Origin: Bdellovibrionales bacterium
Lineage (GTDB): Bacteria; Bdellovibrionota; Bdellovibrionia; Bdellovibrionales; UBA1609
Direction: 5' to 3'
Length of the DNA stretch: 64,000 nucleotides
Assembly: GCA_965205945.1 (NCBI GenBank)
Contig: CBDBIB010000001.1
Span: forward strand, 593,929-657,928
A program made the translations under genes and the position numbers. The stretch's first letter is position 1. Every line of letters starts with the position of its first letter. Under the pieces are notes generated by a model. The model saw only the letters and a list, made by a program, of their open reading frames with translations. It was not told the DNA's origin and did not search any database. Shown here piece after piece: positions 21,944 through 32,480 of this stretch.

Positions 21944-23206
21944 ATGAAAAATTTTATTCTAATTGCATTGTTATTTTGCTTTACTAACTCAGCTTGGGGT
22001 TCTGGCTATCAATTGCGCTACCAGGGCGCTGAATCCATGGGAACAGCTTTTGCATCGGCAGGCTCTAATGGAGCATCACTTTCAAGCATTTACTACAATC
22101 CTGCACTTTTTCTACTCCAGGACAAAAACAAATCTGTGGCCTTAGAATTTTTAGCCATACATCCAACAAAGGCTAAGTTTACATCATCAACAGATCAAGT
22201 TTCTAATAACTATGTAAGCAGCTCATTTTCCGGCAGCCTTTATTATGGCCACAAAGTTAGTGATGAAACTGCTATTACAGTTGCTATAACTGCCCCTTGG
22301 GCAACAGCATCTGACTACAATGCAAAATGGGAAGGCCGATACCACGCCTTAAAAACCAGCCTTAAAACCATTAATATGCAACCTATAATAACCCAAAAAG
22401 TTTCTAATAAATTCATGTTTTCTATTGGGCCACAAATTCAATACATGACAAGTAGACTTTCAAAAGCTACAAATTTTGGTCCTAACGGAGATCTAATTTC
22501 TGATTTTAATGGTAGTAATTTAAATATTGGTGGGATTTTAGCCCTTACTTATATACCTACAGAAAAAACCACATTAGCTTTTAACTATACTTCTTATATC
22601 AAGCACAATCTACGTGGTGATTTAAAGTTTTCTCCTACAGAATTGGCTTCAGTGGGCGGCCTTGTAAATTCTAGTGACGCAAATAGTAAAATCACAACTC
22701 CAGATGTTTTTACTTTAAGTGCATCTCATATAGTGTCTGAGCAGCTCATTAGTCATTTTTCTGTAAGCTACACCAACTGGAGTATATTTAAAGATATCAA
22801 GCTTACAGGAAACAAGGCTCTTAATGGAACTCTACCTTTGATAAACACCACAGATCAAAACTGGAACGACACCTATATGTTAGCCCTAGGTTCAACTTAC
22901 TACATAAATGGCAAAACTACCCTTCGCGGAGGAGTTTCTTATGAAACTGGAGCTGTAGACAACAAATATAGAACACCAAGAACTCAAGACACAGATAGAA
23001 TTGGGCTTGGCTTAGGTGCAAGCTTTACTTTAAACACTGTGGTGCTTGATTTAGGTTTAAACCACATAATTTATACAGGTGACATTGACCTAGATATTGC
23101 AACAGCTAAACCTACCCCTACGACTCCAGCAGGAACCCCTGGTGTTACTGGTACTTATGATAGCTCAGCTACTCTTTTAAGACTTGGCGTTGAATACAAA
23201 TTCTAA
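21944..23206 (+). CDS. FadL/OmpP1-family outer-membrane long-chain fatty-acid transporter
   Basis: Signal peptide, SGYQL..QGAESMGTAFA, IYYNPA, C-terminal EYKF. Confidence 0.9.
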   Translation: MKNFILIALLFCFTNSAWGSGYQLRYQGAESMGTAFASAGSNGASLSSIYYNPALFLLQDKNKSVALEFLAIHPTKAKFTSSTDQVSNNYVSSSFSGSLYYGHKVSDETAITVAITAPWATASDYNAKWEGRYHALKTSLKTINMQPIITQKVSNKFMFSIGPQIQYMTSRLSKATNFGPNGDLISDFNGSNLNIGGILALTYIPTEKTTLAFNYTSYIKHNLRGDLKFSPTELASVGGLVNSSDANSKITTPDVFTLSASHIVSEQLISHFSVSYTNWSIFKDIKLTGNKALNGTLPLINTTDQNWNDTYMLALGSTYYINGKTTLRGGVSYETGAVDNKYRTPRTQDTDRIGLGLGASFTLNTVVLDLGLNHIIYTGDIDLDIATAKPTPTTPAGTPGVTGTYDSSATLLRLGVEYKF

Positions 23207-23322
23207 ATCTTACATAAAATCATGGTTATTCTCTGGCTCAAAGCGCTCTTAGTATTGTTTATTCACAAGTAAACTTGGTCTAAGTAGTTGCTTTTTAACG
23301 CAATTCATTTAAATACTAATTT

Positions 23323-23715
23323 ATGAAACTTATTATTTTAAGGCAAAACTCTATAGATTTCTTTAAAAAAGCTTGCAAACTTGAATCTTCTTTACCAAAA
23401 GGCCAATGGCGTTATTTTAAATTTGAATCTAAAGAAGAAGTTTTAGGCTTATATGAAAACTCAAATGAAGGCATTAATCTGCACCCTGACTTTTTTAAAT
23501 ATTTTTTAGGTCAGTTTACTCCCACACTTAATGATCATATTTTAATTTCGCAGTTTAAGAATTTTACAGATTTTTGCCTTTACCTCAACGATTTACTACA
23601 CAAAAATGTTAAAATATTTGACCTTTCAGTTTCTAGTTTTTGGATTTGGACTAATGAAGAAAAAAATATCTTAGTACCTAAAAAACTAAAAAACTACCTA
23701 AACTTTAATAATTAA
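23323..23715 (+). CDS. Hypothetical protein
   Basis: 130-aa ORF filling an intergenic gap; no recognisable motif. Confidence 0.55.
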   Translation: MKLIILRQNSIDFFKKACKLESSLPKGQWRYFKFESKEEVLGLYENSNEGINLHPDFFKYFLGQFTPTLNDHILISQFKNFTDFCLYLNDLLHKNVKIFDLSVSSFWIWTNEEKNILVPKKLKNYLNFNN

Positions 23716-23745
23716 TTTTTAACATAAAAGCCATCTAAAAAATCT

Positions 23746-24837
23746 TTAAATATTTTTTTTATGTGGTCTATAAGTATATTTACATTTTTTCATCTCATGC
23801 TTATATTTAAGCTTATGGTCTAAAGAAAAATCAAGTTTTTTTACTGCAGCCCTCATTTTATTTAGTAACAATCTTCTTGGTTCTTTATGCTGTTTACACG
23901 CAACAATAAAAACATCTAGTGCTTCATCATATTTCTTCAAACTAAATAAAGTCTCAGCTTTTAAAACCAAAGCTTCATCAGTTTTATCTATACTAAGATA
24001 TTTTTCTAGATAGTAGAGGCCTTCTATTGTTTTCCCCTCTACAATTAAAGCCTTTCCAATTTCATATTGAATATCGTTATTTGCAGGAAATCTGCCTGAG
24101 ATTTTTTTAAATGATTCACGCGCTGCTTTAGCTTCTCCATTCTTTTCTAATGATTTTCCATAGTAAAAATGACCTTTTCCTACTTGTGGAAAGCTTACAG
24201 TAAGTTTTCCACAAATCTGTATAGCTGTTAAATACATTCTTAAGTTATACTGAGCCTCACAAAGGTATGTATAATAAATTCGTCCTTTTAAATTAGTTCT
24301 TCCATAAAGCTCTAACAGCCCTACAGTCTCAGTATAGTCACCTTCTCTATTATAAAACTTTATTAAAGCCGTAAAATTTTCTTTGCCTGGATTCTTTTTA
24401 TAAAGATCACTAAGAATTTTAAAAGCCTTAAGCTTTAAATCCTTTTTAAGGATATCATAGGATTTATTATTAGCATACGAATTTGATTTTTCCTCTAAAG
24501 CCTTTGAAAGTTCTCTTTTTAAAATATCTTTTCTAGGAAATTTTATAATAGCTTTTTTTAAGCCTTTAATTCTACCATCTAAATCACCTAAATATTTATA
24601 TGAAGAGATTAAAAACACATAATCCTTATACGCTAGCTCACCTTTATTCTTAATACTTTTATCTTGAATTAAATCAATTACTTTTTGATACTCTTTTGCC
24701 TCATAATTTTTAAACACCTCTACACTAGCCTTAGTGCTAAAAAATGAAAAAACTACAACAATTACGATTGTATTCCGAAGAGTCTTTATGAAATTAGCAC
24801 TTAACCCTTCTTTCCTAAAAATAATCTTTTGTTTCAT
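23746..24837 (-). CDS. Exported tetratricopeptide-repeat protein
   Basis: TPR-like helices (GHFYYGKSLEKNGEAKAARESFKK); N-terminal hydrophobic segment; start uncertain. Confidence 0.75.
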   Translation of the reverse strand: MKQKIIFRKEGLSANFIKTLRNTIVIVVVFSFFSTKASVEVFKNYEAKEYQKVIDLIQDKSIKNKGELAYKDYVFLISSYKYLGDLDGRIKGLKKAIIKFPRKDILKRELSKALEEKSNSYANNKSYDILKKDLKLKAFKILSDLYKKNPGKENFTALIKFYNREGDYTETVGLLELYGRTNLKGRIYYTYLCEAQYNLRMYLTAIQICGKLTVSFPQVGKGHFYYGKSLEKNGEAKAARESFKKISGRFPANNDIQYEIGKALIVEGKTIEGLYYLEKYLSIDKTDEALVLKAETLFSLKKYDEALDVFIVACKQHKEPRRLLLNKMRAAVKKLDFSLDHKLKYKHEMKKCKYTYRPHKKNI

Positions 24838-25699
24838 ACAAAGACTATATCGACCCAATATTTTAAAAACTTCAATTTTAAATCAAGCAGGTCAAGGAAT
24901 AGTTGAATATCTATTAATTCTAGTTTTTACTTTTGCAATAATTATGGCCTTAAGTAAAGGGGTTGGAAGACCACTTAAAGACTATATCCAAAATAATATT
25001 TTATCCGTTGTAGGCTGCATGCTTCGAGTGGGTCAATTTCCAACAAAATCTTTTGGCCTCTGTAACAAGGCTGTTAAATTAAAATTTAATGTTAAAGGTA
25101 GTTTTTCTACATCTAGCTCATCATCCTCAAATTCTAATAACAAAACTCAGGATTCAAGTGAAGAGAATAAAACAGCACCCCAGAGCGAAAGTAAAAATTC
25201 TACAAAAACAACCCGTTACAAACCTTTAAATTCAACAGGATCTTTAGATAGCTCAAATCAACTTAAAGATTCCTCTAACAGCCCCCAAATTATTAAAATC
25301 AATAATGATTCAGATTCAATAAATTCTAGTAAGCTTGCCACAAGTGACCTGCAAAATAATCAAAGACGAACCGTTATAATTAGAAGAATTAATCGAAATA
25401 ATCGTATCGGAGGAAGCTTTTTCATATCCGAAAATGAAAGAAAAATTCAAAATCCCACTCCTTTAACAAATCAAGTCAAAAGTCTTCCTGTTTCTTTAAT
25501 TCAAAACAAGATCATTGAAAGTTCTTTTGCTATTTCAAAACCTAAGAATAAAGATCTTAAAAATACTACTCTCAATAATGAAATAAAGTTTTCTTTCTTT
25601 GGCATAATAAAGTGGGGAATTATACTTGCTATTCTTGCAGTCTTTGGTTTTTTCACAATATCTCAACTTAATAGTATACGAAAGGGTTGGACTAATTAG
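24788..25699 (+). CDS. Flp/TadE-type prepilin-motif membrane protein with Ser/Asn-rich linker and C-terminal TM
   Basis: NQAGQGIVEYLLILVFTFAII motif; low-complexity middle; C-terminal hydrophobic helix; start uncertain. Confidence 0.7.
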   Translation: MKLALNPSFLKIIFCFIQRLYRPNILKTSILNQAGQGIVEYLLILVFTFAIIMALSKGVGRPLKDYIQNNILSVVGCMLRVGQFPTKSFGLCNKAVKLKFNVKGSFSTSSSSSSNSNNKTQDSSEENKTAPQSESKNSTKTTRYKPLNSTGSLDSSNQLKDSSNSPQIIKINNDSDSINSSKLATSDLQNNQRRTVIIRRINRNNRIGGSFFISENERKIQNPTPLTNQVKSLPVSLIQNKIIESSFAISKPKNKDLKNTTLNNEIKFSFFGIIKWGIILAILAVFGFFTISQLNSIRKGWTN

Positions 25700-25721
25700 C
25701 GTTCTTAAGGCATAAAAGGCT

Positions 25722-27302
25722 ATGAACATAGCTATAGCGCAAATAAACTCTCACCTTGGAAATTTAGAGTTAAACTCTAAAACTATAGTTAGTTATTGTA
25801 ACAAAGCCTTTGAATCTGGCTCAGACCTTATTGTCTTTCCCGAGCTTTCTTTAATCGGTTATTCACCAAATGATCTACTTAAACGCCCAGAGTTTTTAAT
25901 AGAACAAAAAAAAGTTTTAAGTACCATTGCAAAGAAAATACCTAAAAATATAACTGCTCTTATTGGCTGTCTTAATAAGAAGGATTACAAACTTTTTAAT
26001 TCTGCTGCACTTATTCAAAACAACACTATTAAAAAATATTTTAACAAAGATCTTTTACCAAACTATGATGTTTTTAATGAGTCTAGATATTTTCACCATG
26101 GAAACCTTAACCGTAATTTTTTCACATTCAACGGCAAAAAAATTCTTGTCACTATATGCGAAGACCTCTGGTTTACAAAAGTTAATAAATACAACAAAAA
26201 CCCCCTTAGTGCTTTAAAGAAAAAACCTGATCATATAATAAGTTTAAACGCATCTCCTTTTGAAGTTGGAAAACAAAAAAAACGAGAAATCCTTCTTAAA
26301 CAAATCTCTCAAAAATTCTCCTGCCCTATCACCTATGTAAATTTAATCGGAGCCCAAGATGAACTTATATTTGATGGTCAATCCTTTCAAGTGGATTCAA
26401 AAGGCAAAATAATTCTAAAACTTCCTGCTTTTAGCGAACATCTTTACACTTTTAAAAAACCGCTTTCTTTAAAACTTTCAAAATTTGCATTAATTGAAAA
26501 AGCCCTCACCCTTGGAATTAAAGATTATTTTTTAAAAACTGGATTTAAAAAAGCCCATTTAGGTTTAAGTGGTGGAATTGACTCTGCACTTGTAGCCTAC
26601 CTTGCTGCAAAAGCACTTGGACCTAAAAATATTACAACAATCGCACTCCCAGGCCCCTATAATTTAAAACTTAGTTTTAATCTTGCAAAAAAACTCTCTA
26701 AAAACCTTGGAGTTAATTTTTTAAGCTATGATTTAAATGTGCTTTATTTAAAGTTTATTAATGATTTTAACAAAAACTTTGGAAAATCCTCTTTTAACCT
26801 TATGCACGAAAATACCCAAGTAAGGCTTAGAGCGCTTGTGCTCATGGCTTTTTCCAATAAAGAAAACTCATTACTCCTTGCAACTTCTAATAAATCTGAA
26901 CTTACGATTGGTTATAGCACTCTTTATGGCGATCAATGTGGCGCCATTTTGCCCATTGGAGATCTTTTTAAAACTGATATTTTTAAATTTTGCCAATGGA
27001 TTAATAAAAAAAATGACTATGCAATAATTCCAAATCGTATCCTTACTCGCTCGCCCTCTGCTGAGCTTCGCTTAAATCAAAAAGATTCAGATTCGCTGCC
27101 TGACTACAATAAGCTTGATGTCAGTATTCGAAAAATAATCTTTCAAAAAAAAATACCTAAAACAAAATTAGACCGCTGGGTTTTAAATAAAAGCTATATA
27201 TCAGAGTTTAAACGGTGGCAAACTGCACCCATATTAAGAATATCAGAGCACACCTATGGTATTGGAAGACGTATGCCTATTGCACACAAATTTAAACCTT
27301 AA
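25722..27302 (+). CDS. nadE: Glutamine-dependent NAD+ synthetase
   Basis: Nitrilase domain (FPEL, ICEDLW) plus LGLSGGIDS, TSNKSE, YSTLYGD, PSAELR. Confidence 0.95.
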   Translation: MNIAIAQINSHLGNLELNSKTIVSYCNKAFESGSDLIVFPELSLIGYSPNDLLKRPEFLIEQKKVLSTIAKKIPKNITALIGCLNKKDYKLFNSAALIQNNTIKKYFNKDLLPNYDVFNESRYFHHGNLNRNFFTFNGKKILVTICEDLWFTKVNKYNKNPLSALKKKPDHIISLNASPFEVGKQKKREILLKQISQKFSCPITYVNLIGAQDELIFDGQSFQVDSKGKIILKLPAFSEHLYTFKKPLSLKLSKFALIEKALTLGIKDYFLKTGFKKAHLGLSGGIDSALVAYLAAKALGPKNITTIALPGPYNLKLSFNLAKKLSKNLGVNFLSYDLNVLYLKFINDFNKNFGKSSFNLMHENTQVRLRALVLMAFSNKENSLLLATSNKSELTIGYSTLYGDQCGAILPIGDLFKTDIFKFCQWINKKNDYAIIPNRILTRSPSAELRLNQKDSDSLPDYNKLDVSIRKIIFQKKIPKTKLDRWVLNKSYISEFKRWQTAPILRISEHTYGIGRRMPIAHKFKP

Positions 27303-27904
27303 ATTAAGGTTAACTGCTCGCTTTTTTCTTCTATGTATGGAAATTTTAACGGCGATTTACCTTGAAGTGTCTCTAATGTTCTTTTATCAAGATATTTATT
27401 TGGCAAGGCTCTACCCATTAACTCCATAAAAACTTTACCACAAAGCTTTGCATCTTCATGTGCTCTGTGTAATGCTCCAAACTTAAACTTAAGATGTTGA
27501 GCAATTGTTCCTAGCCTATAATTACTAAGCCCAGGAATAATTCTTTTTGATAATGCTAAAGTATCAAATACATAGCCTGATGGTGCTAAAAACTTATACT
27601 TTCTATAATCATTTAAAAGAAATTGAAAATCAAAAGAGGCATTATGCGCTACTAACGGGTCTTGACCACAAAACTGTGTAAAAGATTCTAGACAATCTTT
27701 AACCTTTGGCTTTCCAACCAACATATCATCAGTAATTCCATTTACTCTTGAAGCCCCTTCAGGCATCTTCATTGATGGATCTATTAATGTAGAATAAATG
27801 TCTTCAGTCTTTCCATTTACAAAACGCACAGCTCCAATTTCAGCAATTCTATCAATTCCAGCTAAAGTTCCTGTTGTTTCTAAGTCAAATGCGATAAAGT
27901 TCAT
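27299..27904 (-). CDS. DEDDh 3'-5' exonuclease (DNA pol III epsilon-like)
   Basis: FDLETTG, VAHNASFD, HRAHEDA. Confidence 0.9.
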   Translation of the reverse strand: MNFIAFDLETTGTLAGIDRIAEIGAVRFVNGKTEDIYSTLIDPSMKMPEGASRVNGITDDMLVGKPKVKDCLESFTQFCGQDPLVAHNASFDFQFLLNDYRKYKFLAPSGYVFDTLALSKRIIPGLSNYRLGTIAQHLKFKFGALHRAHEDAKLCGKVFMELMGRALPNKYLDKRTLETLQGKSPLKFPYIEEKSEQLTLI

Positions 27905-27949
27905 AAATAGAATTTAACCAATCTAAGAAGATGAGACAAATTATAAATA

Positions 27950-28237
27950 ATGAAGACTAAATGTACAGTGCGTTATAACGGATCTCGTCAAACTTTCACA
28001 ATCTTAAAAGATACGTCTTTACTTAATGAACTTCGAGCTCATAAAATCCCTGTCTCTTTTTCTTGCAACGGTGAAGGGATTTGTACAACATGTAGGATTA
28101 TTTTAATTAAGGGTAAACTCAGCCCTCAAACCTTTTTAGAAAAACAACGTGCAGATGAAAGGGGCTATGCTCAAAACGAACGGCTCTCCTGCCAATGTCA
28201 TCCAACTTCAAATGAAATTGAAATTAAGGTTCCATAA
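27950..28237 (+). CDS. 2Fe-2S ferredoxin (adrenodoxin-like)
   Basis: SCNGEGICTTC and RLSCQC. Confidence 0.9.
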   Translation: MKTKCTVRYNGSRQTFTILKDTSLLNELRAHKIPVSFSCNGEGICTTCRIILIKGKLSPQTFLEKQRADERGYAQNERLSCQCHPTSNEIEIKVP

Positions 28238-29417
28238 CAAAGATAGGATTTGAAAAAATCCATGAGATCCATTTTTGATTACGAATTAAAGGAAAAAACG
28301 GATTAGTCTTTACAACAACCCTATAATGTCCCGATTCTAAAGGCTTATAATTAAAAGACTGCGAAAATGTTTTTATTAAATCTCCATTATGATAAAGTTC
28401 AATCTTTACTTTATCATTTAATTCAGGGAGCGAGACATAAACCATTTTAAGGTCTTTAAGCTTAACTTTTTCTCCCATAAAAACTCTTTGCCCTTTTCTT
28501 GTAATTCCCCAAAAAGCAAATCCTTTAGGATCTCCTAAAATATCAATGGAAAAATACGAACTTCCTTTACTTAAAGCATCCACAATAAGTTTTTGATCAC
28601 CAATACCCACAAGCTCTTCAGCTAATAAAATATGATTTTTAGCCATTTGAAAAATATTTTTATACCGTGGAAAATTTAAACTCAATGCCTTAGTCAGTCG
28701 TAGCTTTGAAGAAGCATCTGAACCTACATAGCCCATTATAGGTTGTTTTTTATTCCATTTATCCCATAATTGTATTGACAATGCTTCATCTAAATAAATA
28801 TCTAAAAAAAATAATTGTGGATTAAACGGATAAAAAATCAACGAACTTAAAAATAAAAACTTTCTTTTCTCCCAAGATTTACGCCAAACTTCTCTTAAAT
28901 TTAAAACCTCAATACCTGTTACAAATTCAGGAATTTTCTCCTGATCCCATTCATAACTTGGTTTATCAGGATGTGATATCACAACAACACCTTCACCACC
29001 TGTTTCTAAAAAATTAGATAAGAAAATCTGTGCCTCTGAATGTGAACTAAAAACTGGACTTTTTTCGCTTGTAAAATATAAAAACCTAGAATTTAAAAAA
29101 CTCAACTCCAATCCATAAAGAACACTTAAATTTCCATATTGAATTGAAGGGGGTTGCTGCTGATCTATGGGGTTTGTTTCATTAAAAATGATAAAATCTA
29201 AATTTGCTGCAGTTGCTGAACTTATAATATCAGAAACACTACCACTACCGCTACTTTTTTTAGAATGAACGTTTAAAACACCCGCATAATCATAAAAATT
29301 ATAATTAGATTCTCTTATAGAATTTTTAATAGATGCTGAATATCTAATTCTTGAAAAAAAAACTCCAGAGCCAATATATATAGCTCCAAGTACAAAAAAA
29401 ATTAATGAAACCTTCAT
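28224..29417 (-). CDS. PHP-domain-like membrane-anchored protein with degenerate metal motifs
   Basis: GVLNVHS, ISHP, GIEVLN, GSDA, WIFSNPIFV. Confidence 0.65.
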   Translation of the reverse strand: MKVSLIFFVLGAIYIGSGVFFSRIRYSASIKNSIRESNYNFYDYAGVLNVHSKKSSGSGSVSDIISSATAANLDFIIFNETNPIDQQQPPSIQYGNLSVLYGLELSFLNSRFLYFTSEKSPVFSSHSEAQIFLSNFLETGGEGVVVISHPDKPSYEWDQEKIPEFVTGIEVLNLREVWRKSWEKRKFLFLSSLIFYPFNPQLFFLDIYLDEALSIQLWDKWNKKQPIMGYVGSDASSKLRLTKALSLNFPRYKNIFQMAKNHILLAEELVGIGDQKLIVDALSKGSSYFSIDILGDPKGFAFWGITRKGQRVFMGEKVKLKDLKMVYVSLPELNDKVKIELYHNGDLIKTFSQSFNYKPLESGHYRVVVKTNPFFPLIRNQKWISWIFSNPIFVMEP

Positions 29418-30244
29418 AGCTCTTTCATTGAAGGAAACTGAATTGTTTTTTCCTCACCAAAAACCCCTAGAGTTCCAATATCTTTACCATTTATAATTAA
29501 ATTAACAGCCCCAGCATCAAGAAATCTAATTTTTGCCTCTTTAAATTTAAAAACTCTTCTCTGATCTGGCTTAAGACTTGCCATTATAGGCTTACTATCT
29601 AAATTTGTTTGAATATACAGTCTTGTTTCAGCAAGAGGCTCTACAACTAGCGTGTTTTTAAAAACAATCAATGTAGGTTTTTTAACTACTTTATCTTTAG
29701 CCCCATCATAAACTGTTGCAACCTTTGAAAACTCTAATGGTTTTAAAACTTTCTTAGCTTCTTTAATTGCTATAGTTTTTCCTAACTGTTTTTCTTTATT
29801 TTCTAAGACTACTGGAGTATTTACAGATTCAATCATAGCTACGTCTAAAAACTTTTCATCAAATTGAGAATAAATTACCGCCACTCCCAAAATAGTTGTT
29901 AATAAAATTACTATTGGTAAAAATTGATTTTTTAAAAAATCAAAAGCAAAAAAATACTTTGCTTTTTCATCTTCTCTTAAAATACCTTTCTTTAACTTAT
30001 TAATAGGTTCATTAAGAGTCTGTTCATATTCTTTAATAATAGGATCTGGGTTTAAACCTAAGTGAGTACAATACATTCTAATAAAACCTTTTGTAAAAGG
30101 AGGTTTAGGCAGTTCTTCTATCTTAGAGTTTTCTATTCTCTTTAAAGTTTTTAAATTGATCTTAAGATCATACGATATATCTTCTAACCTTAAGCCTTGT
30201 TTATTTCTAGCATTTTTTAATTTTTCACCGTATTCAAATTTCAC
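29414..30244 (-). CDS. rodZ: RodZ-like HTH membrane protein
   Basis: N-terminal HTH (GEKLKNAR...FTKGFIRMYC..LGL), one TM, C-terminal DAGAVNLIINGK. Confidence 0.85.
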   Translation of the reverse strand: MKFEYGEKLKNARNKQGLRLEDISYDLKINLKTLKRIENSKIEELPKPPFTKGFIRMYCTHLGLNPDPIIKEYEQTLNEPINKLKKGILREDEKAKYFFAFDFLKNQFLPIVILLTTILGVAVIYSQFDEKFLDVAMIESVNTPVVLENKEKQLGKTIAIKEAKKVLKPLEFSKVATVYDGAKDKVVKKPTLIVFKNTLVVEPLAETRLYIQTNLDSKPIMASLKPDQRRVFKFKEAKIRFLDAGAVNLIINGKDIGTLGVFGEEKTIQFPSMKEL

Positions 30245-30246
30245 AA

Positions 30247-31038
30247 TTATATTCCTAAATCAATTCTTTTTCTTACAGCTGTTTTCACTCTATTTAACAT
30301 CTTGTGAAATTTTTCATTTTTAGAAGAAATATTTTTAAAAATCTGTTCTGCTACTAGATAATCATTTTTTTTAATAAAAATTAAGCCCTTTAAAAAAGCA
30401 GCTCTATTTTTTTCTTCTAATTCAAAACACATTCTATCAATCATTCTTGCAGATTTTAAAGCATTTTCATAAAGTGACATTTTATATAATGTATAAGCAA
30501 TATCTAAACGATGTTCACACACCTTAGGCTTTAAAGCTAAAACCTTACGAAGAGTTTGCTTTAAAGCCTTTCCGCTCAAAAACTGCTGATCTAATTTTAA
30601 CTTTAAACTCCAAGATTCTTCCTGATTTTGATATGTTAAATCCTTAACAGACTCATCTACTAATTCCTGGGCTTTTTTGTAATTTTTAAATCTTGTATAG
30701 TTTAAATTCGCTAAAAAATTCCTTGCTTCTGTATATCTTGAATTGACTAAAATAGCTTTTTCAACCTCCCTAACACCTTCACTTATAAAACCTTTCTCTA
30801 ATAAAAGTTTTCCTAAATAAAAATGAGCCTGATAGTTATTAAAATCTATCTTAATCGCTTCTTGATAATTATTAATAGCATCTTCTAAACGCTGATGATC
30901 CTGATAACTTTTGCCAATGGAAAAATACAGATTTGATTTTTCTTTTGTTAAATCAATATTACCTTTTAAAAAATCCTCTTTTATTTGAGTATTCACACAA
31001 CCTGATAAAACTAATAATACTATTAAACTAAACTTCAT
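30247..31038 (-). CDS. TPR lipoprotein, PilW/PilF/Tgl-like
   Basis: Lipobox LSGC, TPRs, DLTYQ motif; lies between ndk and rodZ as in the conserved ndk-(rlmN)-pilW-rodZ arrangement. Confidence 0.75.
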   Translation of the reverse strand: MKFSLIVLLVLSGCVNTQIKEDFLKGNIDLTKEKSNLYFSIGKSYQDHQRLEDAINNYQEAIKIDFNNYQAHFYLGKLLLEKGFISEGVREVEKAILVNSRYTEARNFLANLNYTRFKNYKKAQELVDESVKDLTYQNQEESWSLKLKLDQQFLSGKALKQTLRKVLALKPKVCEHRLDIAYTLYKMSLYENALKSARMIDRMCFELEEKNRAAFLKGLIFIKKNDYLVAEQIFKNISSKNEKFHKMLNRVKTAVRKRIDLGI

Positions 31039-31155
31039 TCCTATATCTTAACAAACCTTTAAAAGAATATTCAATCAAATCACCTCATACATGATTTTTA
31101 AACAAAAAACTCCTATTACTAGGGTTTTTGTATCCTAAGCCTTTAAAAACCTAAT

Positions 31156-31581
31156 TTATGGGTTTACAATTTCATTTTGATCAAAAAATAACGCCACTTC
31201 TCTTTCTGCACTTTTAAGAGAATCACTTCCATGAACAGCATTCTCACCCATGCTATCTCCAAAAATTTTTCTCAAAGTACCCTCAGCAGCTTCTGCTGGG
31301 TTTGTAGCACCCATAATTTCACGATTCCTCATAATAGCATTTTCACCTGATAAAACCATAAGCATAACTGGGCCTGAAGTCATAAAATCCACCAGCTCAC
31401 CAAAAAAAGGCCTTTTACTGTGCTCAGCATAAAATACTCTACACTTTTCACGTGAAATCTTAACTAACTTAGATGCAGCAATTTTTAATCCATTTTCTTC
31501 AAATTTTGTAATCATCTTGCCAATTACATTTTTATTAATAGCATTTGGCTTAATGATACTAAAGGTTCTTTGAATTCCCAT
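31156..31581 (-). CDS. ndk: Nucleoside diphosphate kinase
   Basis: [21 protein letters not shown]. Confidence 0.97.
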   Translation of the reverse strand: MGIQRTFSIIKPNAINKNVIGKMITKFEENGLKIAASKLVKISREKCRVFYAEHSKRPFFGELVDFMTSGPVMLMVLSGENAIMRNREIMGATNPAEAAEGTLRKIFGDSMGENAVHGSDSLKSAEREVALFFDQNEIVNP

Positions 31582-31602
31582 TTTAACTCTCCTTAAAACT
31601 CT

Positions 31603-32478
31603 TTATTGTTTATTTAATGCTTTCTTCATCATAACTCCAAGTTCAGCAGGACTTCTTGCTATAAAGCAACCAGCTGTTTTTAAAGCTTTAAACTTTGCCT
31701 CAGCAGTTCCTTTGCCACCACTCACAATTGCTCCAGCATGCCCCATGCGCTTACCTTTTGGTGCTGTAGATCCAGCAATAAAAGCAACCACAGGTTTAGT
31801 AAAGTTATCTTTAATCCAAGCAGCAGCGTCTTCTTCAGCCGTTCCACCGATTTCGCCAATCATAATAACTGCTTTAGTTTTTTCATCTTTTTCAAACATT
31901 TTTAAAATATCAATAAAATTTGTTCCATTTACCGGATCTCCACCAATACCTACACATGTAGATTGACCAAAGCCAGCCTCACTTAATTGAGCAACAGCTT
32001 CATATGTTAGTGTCCCTGACTTAGAAACCACACCAATTAAACCTGCTTTATGAATATACCCTGGCATAATACCAATTTTACACTCACCAGGAGTAATTAC
32101 ACCTGGACAGTTGGGACCGATTAAGCGAGTTCTTCTACCTTTAAGATAGCTTTTAACTTTAATCATATCCATCACAGGAATTCCTTCAGTAATGCAAATC
32201 ACTAAATCCAAATCTGCATCCGCAGCCTCCATAATTGCGTCAGCTGCAAAAGAAGGTGGAACATAAATTACAGACGTATCACATCCTGTTTCCTTTTTTG
32301 CTTCTTTAACCGTGTTAAATATTCGAAGTCCTATATGTGTTTGACCACCTTTACCAGGAGTCACACCACCAACCATTTGAGTGCCATAAGCCATAGCCTG
32401 CTCAGAGTGAAACATCCCTTGAAAACCCGTTAACCCCTGGCAAATTACTTTCGTATCTTTTCCTACTAAGATTGACAT
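31603..32478 (-). CDS. sucD: Succinyl-CoA ligase alpha subunit
   Basis: [23 protein letters not shown]. Confidence 0.97.
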   Translation of the reverse strand: MSILVGKDTKVICQGLTGFQGMFHSEQAMAYGTQMVGGVTPGKGGQTHIGLRIFNTVKEAKKETGCDTSVIYVPPSFAADAIMEAADADLDLVICITEGIPVMDMIKVKSYLKGRRTRLIGPNCPGVITPGECKIGIMPGYIHKAGLIGVVSKSGTLTYEAVAQLSEAGFGQSTCVGIGGDPVNGTNFIDILKMFEKDEKTKAVIMIGEIGGTAEEDAAAWIKDNFTKPVVAFIAGSTAPKGKRMGHAGAIVSGGKGTAEAKFKALKTAGCFIARSPAELGVMMKKALNKQ

Positions 32479-32480
32479 TA

